Part shown: positions 56,892 to 64,000 of the stretch, piece after piece
Layout of the letters: the number at the start of each line of letters is the position of its first letter
Numbering within the stretch: the stretch's first letter is position 1
NCBI GenBank assembly: GCA_965209035.1
Contig: OZ242372.1
Span: 1,440,001 to 1,504,000, forward strand
Length of the DNA: 64,000 nucleotides
Direction of reading: 5' to 3'
Source: Gammaproteobacteria bacterium
GTDB lineage: Bacteria; Pseudomonadota; Gammaproteobacteria; CBDBNL01; JAAOII01
Made by a program: the position numbers and the translations under genes
Notes under the pieces: model-generated
What the model was told of the DNA's origin: nothing
The model's input: the letters and a program-made list of their open reading frames with translations, nothing else
Database searches by the model: none

Positions 56892-59627
56892 ATGAGAAAT
56901 AACTTGAACTTTCACACTGTTCGGTCGGCAAAAGAAACATTCGACCGGCGGTCACGCCCGGCATTCGCCCGGGGCCTTAATACTACTTTTAATACCGAGA
57001 TGTCTTTTGGCGGGCGGGTTGCATTGCATGCATCGCCGCCAAGGGCCGCCCTTAATCCTATTTTGCGGCGAACGCCGCGACAATCTCGTTCATACATATA
57101 TACCGTTCTGCTGACGGGCATGCTGGGCTTTGCTTTGCTCCTGGCCGGCTGTGGCGGCGGTGGTGGTGGCGGTTCCGGTGGCCCCGGTGGTCCCGGTGGC
57201 CCCGGTGGCCCCGGTGGCCCCGGTTCCGGTGGTGCCTCTCTTCCCGGCGTTTCCAACCTAAAAATTATTCCGGCCGAAGAAAGGTTGCGGCTCAGTTGGA
57301 CCAATCCGAATCGTACCGATATCAGCGACTTCAGGATCAGTTGGGTGAGTACGACTCCGCCCAAATCAGACTCGAAACTTACCGGAGATGCGGCGAATAA
57401 GACCGCCCTGGCGATGACGAGCTATGTGCTTGATAACTTGACAGACGGTATCGATTACACGGTCAGCGTGTCCATCCTGTATGAAGGCGGCGGCGTATCC
57501 GGGGTGGTCCCGGGTTCGATGAGTCAGCCCGGGAAAAACACGGACGGTGATGCCCTGCCGGATAGTCTGGATCCGGACGCTGACAATGATGGTTTTCCGG
57601 ATGTGGCAAACGCGACCACAGCCGCGGACAACTGCCCCTTGACTTACAATCCAAAACAAGCCAACACGGACAAGATGCTGCCGGGTGGTGGCGATGCACT
57701 AGGCGATGTCTGTGACCAGGACGATGATAATGATGGTTTTCCGGATGTGGCAAACGCGACGACGCCGGCGGATGTGGATGGCAATGGTAATGGCCTCATA
57801 GAAATCCGTTATTTGGATGACTTGGCGCAGCTGCGCGGCGATCTGAATGGCGAGGGGGATGATGATGATGAGAATGACGGGATTACCGCGGTGGGCACTG
57901 CGGGCTGTCCGAGTTTCGGCTGTAAGGGTTACGAACTGACCCGCACGCTGAATTTTAGCGATCCGGATTCTTATGCCGACGATGTGGTCAATACTGCCTG
58001 GACGAGTGGCAGCGGCTGGCAGCCGATCGGATCCTGTTTTTTCAATATGAGTTGTCCTCTTACCTATACGGCTGTGTTTAATGGCAGAGGTTATGTTCTT
58101 GCCGATCTGTTCATTTCTGCGGCTAATAGTGCCCGCGGAGTGGGTTTGTTCGGCGCGTTCAACGGCACCCTTCAAAATCTGCATCTCCAAAATGCAAATG
58201 TCCGTGGCGGTGACAGTGATCTGGGTGCGCTGGTAGGCAAGGGCAGGCGGGGGCGTTATGAGAATCTGTCGGTTACGGGTGGCAGTGTGAGGAGTGCGCG
58301 TGCCGACAGAGTGGGCGGCCTGATTGGGGATGGTGAAGAGTCTGATATTCGCTATGCCAATGTGTCCGGTATCGATGTTGCCGGAGTTAGAGATGTTGGC
58401 GGCCTGGTCGGGAATGGTCGGCGGTCTAATATTGGTGATGCCGGCGCGTCCGGCACAGGTGTTACCGGCACCAGAATTAATGTCGGCGGTCTGGTTGGAG
58501 ACGGGGAGAATTCTATTATTCGCTATGCCCGTGTATCGGATGGATCTGTTTCCACACCCGGCGGCACCTCCAATGTCGGCGGTCTGGTCGGGAATGGCCG
58601 GTATTCTAATATTCATGATGCCCGTGTGTCCGGCATCACTGTTGCCGGCAGAAGAATAGTTGGCGGCCTGGTCGGGAATGGTCAGTATTCCAATATTCGT
58701 TATGCCGAGGTGTCCGGCGCAAGTGTTGCCGGAACCGGTCGTACCGGTGGCGGTAATATCGGCGGATTGGTTGGAAGTGGGGAGAATTCTAATATTCGCT
58801 ATGCCCATGTATCGGACGGCGATGTTTCCGGACGCATCAGAGTTGGTGGCTTGGTTGGGGGTGGCCAGCTGGTTAATATTAGTTATGCCGGTGTATCCGG
58901 CGTAGATGTTGTCGGCACCGAAAATAATGTTGGCGGTCTGGTTGGGCTTGGTAATTATGCCAGAATTGGCTATGCTTATGTGCTCGGCGGAAGTGTTGAG
59001 GCGAATCGGGTTGTTGGCGGCCTGGTTGGGGATGGAACGAATACTCTGATTTATTATTCTTATGCCGCCAGCGGGGAAGTTTCGGCTTCGGCTATGTCCG
59101 AACCTATTGTTGGTGGCATGTTCGGCCATGCCTCTTATGGCGAACCCGATGCCAGCAGTCTCAGGTGTGTTGATAATGTTACTTATTTGGCGGAAGTTTG
59201 TGCGTTCAATCCGGCAAGTCTCGCCTGTGTTCCCGGTGCTATTCATTTAGAGGCGGAAGTGTGCTACATAAACACAACAAATCCCACTTATGATGATTCC
59301 GATGCCACCGATGCCATTGATTCCTATTGGGATACGGAAACTACCGGGCAGGCAACCAGTGCCGGCAGAGACGGCAGGCGCGGCGCGGGCAAAACGACCG
59401 CGGAATTACAAAACCCGATTATGTTCACAGGCATCTATGCCGACTGGGGCAACTTCTGGTGTGATCCAAGGACGGGCGATGAGATAATAAGCACCTCCCC
59501 TTCCTCTTTGCCCGCCCCTTATGTTCGTGTCTGGGATCTGGGCGCCGCCGACCAATACCCCGTCCTGAACTGCCTGCCTGTCAGTGCAGAACAGCAGCAA
59601 GAAGAACAACAACAGCAGCAGCAGTAG
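56892..59627 (+). CDS. FN3-like/TSP3/GLUG-repeat surface lipoprotein (paralog A)
   Basis: Lipobox LAGC followed by Gly/GGP linker; LSWTNP; DNCP; GLIEIRYLDDL; many VGGLVG repeats; WDLG..QYPVLNC; poly-Q tail. Confidence 0.85.
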   Translation: MRNNLNFHTVRSAKETFDRRSRPAFARGLNTTFNTEMSFGGRVALHASPPRAALNPILRRTPRQSRSYIYTVLLTGMLGFALLLAGCGGGGGGGSGGPGGPGGPGGPGGPGSGGASLPGVSNLKIIPAEERLRLSWTNPNRTDISDFRISWVSTTPPKSDSKLTGDAANKTALAMTSYVLDNLTDGIDYTVSVSILYEGGGVSGVVPGSMSQPGKNTDGDALPDSLDPDADNDGFPDVANATTAADNCPLTYNPKQANTDKMLPGGGDALGDVCDQDDDNDGFPDVANATTPADVDGNGNGLIEIRYLDDLAQLRGDLNGEGDDDDENDGITAVGTAGCPSFGCKGYELTRTLNFSDPDSYADDVVNTAWTSGSGWQPIGSCFFNMSCPLTYTAVFNGRGYVLADLFISAANSARGVGLFGAFNGTLQNLHLQNANVRGGDSDLGALVGKGRRGRYENLSVTGGSVRSARADRVGGLIGDGEESDIRYANVSGIDVAGVRDVGGLVGNGRRSNIGDAGASGTGVTGTRINVGGLVGDGENSIIRYARVSDGSVSTPGGTSNVGGLVGNGRYSNIHDARVSGITVAGRRIVGGLVGNGQYSNIRYAEVSGASVAGTGRTGGGNIGGLVGSGENSNIRYAHVSDGDVSGRIRVGGLVGGGQLVNISYAGVSGVDVVGTENNVGGLVGLGNYARIGYAYVLGGSVEANRVVGGLVGDGTNTLIYYSYAASGEVSASAMSEPIVGGMFGHASYGEPDASSLRCVDNVTYLAEVCAFNPASLACVPGAIHLEAEVCYINTTNPTYDDSDATDAIDSYWDTETTGQATSAGRDGRRGAGKTTAELQNPIMFTGIYADWGNFWCDPRTGDEIISTSPSSLPAPYVRVWDLGAADQYPVLNCLPVSAEQQQEEQQQQQQ

Positions 59628-59655
59628 CCGGGTGAACCACACAGAACTAACGGGC

Positions 59656-59703
59656 CCAACGGACCAACGGACCAACGGACCAACGGACCAACAGACCAAC
59701 AGA
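59656..59703 (+). repeat. 6 x 8-bp intergenic tandem repeat ccaac(g/a)ga
   Basis: Units at 59656, 59664, 59672, 59680, 59688, 59696. Confidence 0.9.
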
Positions 59704-60004
59704 TGCTTGCTTCTGTGTGACGCCAAGACACTGCATTTTCGGGGCATTTGCGTGCCGGATTGGATTCGTCCTTTAACTAACTAACTAACAGGTTCTCGGT
59801 TGTTACCCCAACGGCAAACAATCACATAAAGCACATTCCGACGGTGTGCATGTCATGCATAGCCGGACAATTGACGAAATAAGCACAACAGTCCGAAACC
59901 CGGCAAGATGATGCAAACGGATGCATAATTTTGGAAATTAGATTATAATTAAGGAACAAACAATTTATGTTTTATAAAAATACAATTAATAACTACTTAA
60001 AAAA

Positions 60005-62542
60005 ATGAGAAATAAGTTGAACTTTTATTCTGTTCGGTCGGCAAAAACAACATCCGACCGGCTGGTGCGCCCGGCATTCGCCCGGGACCCTAATACTACT
60101 TTTAATACCGGCCTAAATTCAAGGTTGTTTGGCGGGCGAGTTGCATTGCATGCATCGCCGCTCACGGCCGTCCTTAATCATGTTTTGAATCCTGTTTTGC
60201 GGCGAACGCAGCGACAATCTCGTTCACACATACATACCGTTCTGCTGACGGGCATGCTGGGCTTTGCTTTGCTCCTTGCCGGCTGTGGCGGTGGCGGCGG
60301 TGGTGGCGGCAACGGCGTTGATGACCGTGCTGTTTCCAATGTTCAAACTATAGTCACCGGGAATAATATTACCGTGCGTTGGACCAATCCGGAGCAAGAG
60401 AATATCACCGGGTTCACTATTAATTGGGTCAATGTTGGCGATGATGCCAATGCGAGCGATAGCGGCGAAAGGGCACTTAATGCTTCTCTGGCGAATGTTG
60501 CGGCGGGTGCTTCGGATAATACATATCAGATTACGAATCTGGACTATGCTGCCACCTATCGCATCACAGTGACGGTGCTTTATGCGGATCAAGATCCCGC
60601 GGCTTCGGCTCCGACTTCCGTTCATCAAGCCATGACCGGGATGGATCCGGATAACCCCGTTGTTCCTCTCGATCCTGCGGCTGTTTCCAATGTCCAAGCA
60701 ACGGTCACCGGGAATACGATTACCGTGAGTTGGACTAATCCAAACCGGGAGGGTATCACCGGGTTCAATATTACTTGGATCAATGTTGGCGATGATGCCG
60801 ATCCGACCGATCGCAGAGACATAGTACTTACTGATCCCCCGGCTAATGTTGCGGCGGGTGCTGATAATACGGACACCATTACGGATCTAACCTATGCTGC
60901 CACCTATCGCATCACAGTGACGGTGCTTTATGCGGGGCAAGATCCCGCCGCTTCGGGTCCGGTTCAAAGATCGGTAACGATTGATCAGGACCTGACTGAT
61001 ACAGATGATGATGGTGTGGTGGATGCGGATGATAACTGCCAATCGGTGGCGAATCCGGATCAGCTCAATAGCGATACGGATGCGTTAGGCGATGCCTGTG
61101 ATGATGACGATGACGAAGATGGCACACCCGATACGACGGATGTGGATGACAATGATAATGGCCTCATAGAAATTCGTTATTTGGATGACTTGGCGCGGCT
61201 GCGCGTTGATTTGAATGGCGATGGGACGGCTGAGCGATCTGTTACCGGGATTACCGCTGTGGGGTCTGTGGGCTGCCCCGCTAACGGAGGCTGTATCGGT
61301 TACGAACTAACCCGTTCGCTCAATTTTAGCGATACGGCTTCCTATAATGCGAGCAGCGTTAATGTGGGTGTCTGGACAGAACGCAGCGGCAGCGGCTGGA
61401 ATCCGATCGGCTTCTGTTCTAGCGACACTGATTGCACCGCTTATACGGGTATGTTTGATGGTCAGGATTGGACGCTTGCCGATCTGTTCATTGATGCGGA
61501 TACTACTGTGAACGGAGTGGGCTTATTTGCTGCGTTCAACGGCACCCTTCAAAATCTGCATCTCCGAAATGCGGATGTCCGTGGCGGTGACAGTGATCTG
61601 GGCACTCTGGTAGGCAATGGCAGGCGGGGGCGTTATGAGAATCTGTCGGTTACGGGCGGCAGTGTGATGAGTGCGGGTGCCGACAGAGTGGGCGGACTGA
61701 TCGGGGATGGTGAAGAGTCTGATATTCGCTATGTCAGTGTGTCCGGCATCACTGTTTCCGGACAGATCAGAGTTGGTGGCCTGATTGGGAATGGCCAGTC
61801 TGTTAATATTAGTTATGCCGGTGTATCCGGCGTAGATGTTACCGGAACCCAAAGTAATGTCGGCGGTCTGGTTGGAGACGGGGATAATTCTAATATTCGC
61901 TATGCCCATGTATCGGACGGAGATGTTTCCGGACAGACCAACGTTGGTGGCCTGATTGGGAATGGCCAGTCTGTTAATATTAGTTATGCCGGTGTATCCG
62001 GCGTAGATGTTACCGGAACCGGAAATAATGTCGGCGGTCTGGTTGGGATTGGTAATTCTGCTGAAATTCGCTATGCTTATGTGTTCGGCGGAAGTGTTGA
62101 GGGTGAACGGAATGTTGGCGGCCTGGTTGGGGATGGACCGCTGGCTGTGATTGACTATTCTTATACCGCCAGCGGGGAAGTTTCGGCTTTGGCTATGGTC
62201 TCACCTAATGTTGGTGGCTTGCTTGGTGCTGGCTCTCCACGCAGGGTCACTGCTTCCTATTGGGATAGGAACACCACCGAGCAGTCTGCGAGTTCCGGCA
62301 GCGACGGCAGACGCGGCGAAGGCAAAACGACCGCGGAATTACAAAACCCGATCACTTTTTCCGGCAGTATCTATGCCGACTGGGGCAACTTCTGGTGTGA
62401 TCCGGATACGGGTGCTGAGAGCGTAGCGGATACCCGTCCGGCCGGATTCGAAAGCGTCTGGGATCTGGGCGCCAACAACCAATACCCCGTCCTGAACTGC
62501 CTGCCTGTCAGTGCAGAACAGCAGCAAGAACAACAGCAGTAA
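60005..62542 (+). CDS. FN3-like(x2)/TSP3/GLUG-repeat surface lipoprotein (paralog B)
   Basis: Same architecture as 56892-59627 with a duplicated FN3-like domain (VSNVQ...WTNP...YAATYRITVTVLYA x2). Confidence 0.85.
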   Translation: MRNKLNFYSVRSAKTTSDRLVRPAFARDPNTTFNTGLNSRLFGGRVALHASPLTAVLNHVLNPVLRRTQRQSRSHIHTVLLTGMLGFALLLAGCGGGGGGGGNGVDDRAVSNVQTIVTGNNITVRWTNPEQENITGFTINWVNVGDDANASDSGERALNASLANVAAGASDNTYQITNLDYAATYRITVTVLYADQDPAASAPTSVHQAMTGMDPDNPVVPLDPAAVSNVQATVTGNTITVSWTNPNREGITGFNITWINVGDDADPTDRRDIVLTDPPANVAAGADNTDTITDLTYAATYRITVTVLYAGQDPAASGPVQRSVTIDQDLTDTDDDGVVDADDNCQSVANPDQLNSDTDALGDACDDDDDEDGTPDTTDVDDNDNGLIEIRYLDDLARLRVDLNGDGTAERSVTGITAVGSVGCPANGGCIGYELTRSLNFSDTASYNASSVNVGVWTERSGSGWNPIGFCSSDTDCTAYTGMFDGQDWTLADLFIDADTTVNGVGLFAAFNGTLQNLHLRNADVRGGDSDLGTLVGNGRRGRYENLSVTGGSVMSAGADRVGGLIGDGEESDIRYVSVSGITVSGQIRVGGLIGNGQSVNISYAGVSGVDVTGTQSNVGGLVGDGDNSNIRYAHVSDGDVSGQTNVGGLIGNGQSVNISYAGVSGVDVTGTGNNVGGLVGIGNSAEIRYAYVFGGSVEGERNVGGLVGDGPLAVIDYSYTASGEVSALAMVSPNVGGLLGAGSPRRVTASYWDRNTTEQSASSGSDGRRGEGKTTAELQNPITFSGSIYADWGNFWCDPDTGAESVADTRPAGFESVWDLGANNQYPVLNCLPVSAEQQQEQQQ

Positions 62543-62636
62543 CCGGGTGAACCAAGCGAACCAACGAATCAATAGATGCTTGCTTCTTGCTTCTGTGTGC
62601 CGGCAGGACATCTCACTGATGACATTATGAAGATGC

Positions 62637-63797
62637 ATGATGCATACCGAACCCGTTAGTACTTCGCCGGCGGCGAGACAGTCGCCGGCGGCGAATGCCC
62701 CGGTCCTGTCCGAACGGGCGGCCGAACTCCACAAGAATGCCCTGGTGATAGACGGGCATAACCAGATTATGATGGACCTGTTTCGCCGGCGCGACCGCGG
62801 TGAGACACGGGTCTTTGATACCGTCTGGGCCCCCAAACTGCGTGCCGGCGGTCTGAATGCCATAGAAATGGTGGTGGGCTCCAATTCGCCCTGTCTGGCA
62901 TATATGACCGATCACTTGCTATGGGGGATGCTCACGCAAATAGATATGATGGAACAGGAGCAAGCGGAGTCGTCCTCTTTTCGGATTTGCCGGACGGTGG
63001 CGGAAATCCGCCGGACGGTGGCGGAAGACAAGATCGCGGTGCTGCTCAAAGTGGAGTCGGCGCGTGCGCTGGACGGCAATCCGCAGGAACTTAATCCGGC
63101 ACTACTCCGCACCCTTTATCGTTTGGGGCTGCGCACGCTCTGTCTGGTCTCTTCGGGGCGGACCATGATGGGAGACGGAACGGGTGAGCGGGACGCGCTT
63201 GCCGGACTGACAAATTTTGGCGAGGCGATCATTGGCGAGATGGAGCAACTCGGTATGCCCGTGGATGTGTGCCAGATGCCGGATCGGATGTTTTACGATG
63301 TGTTGAATGTCGCCACCAAGCCCTTAATAGACAGCCACAGTAATGTCTATTCGGTTTCGGATCATCCGCGCAATCTTAAAGACGAGCGAATTCGCGCGAT
63401 GGCAAAAAACGGCGGCGTGATGGGGCTTTGTTTCATTAAAGAATACTTGCGACGCGGGGCAATGAACAACAACGATGCCACCATAGACGATCTGGTACAC
63501 CAAATTGACTATATTGCCAATTTGACCGGCTCGGCGGATCATGTTTGCATTGGCTCGGATGTGGATGAGTTTGATAATTTTCGCAATATATTCAATTGCT
63601 GGAGCCCCTATCCCGGCTCCATTGAAGGGATTCAGACGGGGATTCCCAAAGCGGGAATCATTCTGGACGAGTTGCGCCCCGTGGAAAACATGGGACTGAT
63701 CACCGATGCTCTTTTAAGACACAACTTCAAAGAAGAGGATATCCGCAAGATTTTGGGTGAAAACCTGATGCGGGTGTATGCGGAAACGATAGGGTAA
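62637..63797 (+). CDS. membrane dipeptidase (peptidase M19)-like amidohydrolase
   Basis: VIDGHN, GLTNFGEA.I.EM..LG..VD, DSHSN, HPRNL.DE, IGSD.D, KILGEN.MRV. Confidence 0.85.
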   Translation: MMHTEPVSTSPAARQSPAANAPVLSERAAELHKNALVIDGHNQIMMDLFRRRDRGETRVFDTVWAPKLRAGGLNAIEMVVGSNSPCLAYMTDHLLWGMLTQIDMMEQEQAESSSFRICRTVAEIRRTVAEDKIAVLLKVESARALDGNPQELNPALLRTLYRLGLRTLCLVSSGRTMMGDGTGERDALAGLTNFGEAIIGEMEQLGMPVDVCQMPDRMFYDVLNVATKPLIDSHSNVYSVSDHPRNLKDERIRAMAKNGGVMGLCFIKEYLRRGAMNNNDATIDDLVHQIDYIANLTGSADHVCIGSDVDEFDNFRNIFNCWSPYPGSIEGIQTGIPKAGIILDELRPVENMGLITDALLRHNFKEEDIRKILGENLMRVYAETIG

Positions 63798-63823
63798 TCC
63801 CCCAATCGCGCCCGCTCAATTCG

Positions 63824-64000
63824 TCAATCTTTCAGAACCGTTGCGTAAACGCGTAACAAATTGCCGCCGGTAATGGAGGCAATATCCTCGCTCTTGTAAT
63901 TCAGTTTTGCCGGGGCGTCCCGGACTTTTTCCGCACCCGCGCCCGCCGGCGAATCGAACCTCCGCAAGATTTTGGGTGAGAACCTAAAAATTGACGCGGG
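63824..64000 (-). pseudogene. C-terminal fragment of a second M19 dipeptidase paralog (convergent; runs off window)
   Basis: Manual translation ...FDSPAGAGAEKVRDAPAKLNYKSEDIASITGGNLLRVYATVLKD*. Confidence 0.55.

Noticed and set aside
57699-59246. Long antisense ORFs (515 aa here; also 6049-7248, 13988-15217, 48325-49449)
   Set aside because: Opposite well-supported genes, no recognisable motifs; expected from codon bias

Overview
64 kb of bacterial chromosome. A gammaproteobacterial origin is suggested by argS-SPOR, ispE-tRNA-Gln, FabY-type KAS and lolC/E-lolD. Host association is inferred from five large Cys/Asp-rich modular surface lipoproteins, IS remnants, frameshifts and many micro-duplications. 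Housekeeping genes (argS, addB-like, lol, gap, pyk, livHMGF, trkH, fabY, grpE, ilvC, ampG, ispE, pckA, msrA) alternate with accessory material. That material comprises two back-to-back restriction-modification systems, a TRAP/unknown-protein/SDR catabolic cassette, an orphan Panacea antitoxin flanked by a duplicated gene end, an Anp1/GT62-like glycosyltransferase, a split sulfotransferase, IS481/IS1595 remnants and a MITE. Main observations: (1) a lipoprotein (24896-27133) ends in a domain that aligns motif-by-motif with the animal ephrin receptor-binding domain, and about 60% of its Asn residues sit in N-X-S/T sequons; (2) an MboII-type methyltransferase pair is partnered with a PLD-family nuclease instead of the HNH enzyme; (3) a paralogous GLUG/TSP3 lipoprotein family shows a G18 frameshift switch, mosaic structure and a conserved extended leader; (4) gene 3' ends are repeatedly duplicated (trkH x5, SDR x2, dipeptidase). 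All family assignments come from visual motif recognition and recalled reference sequences; no searches were run.
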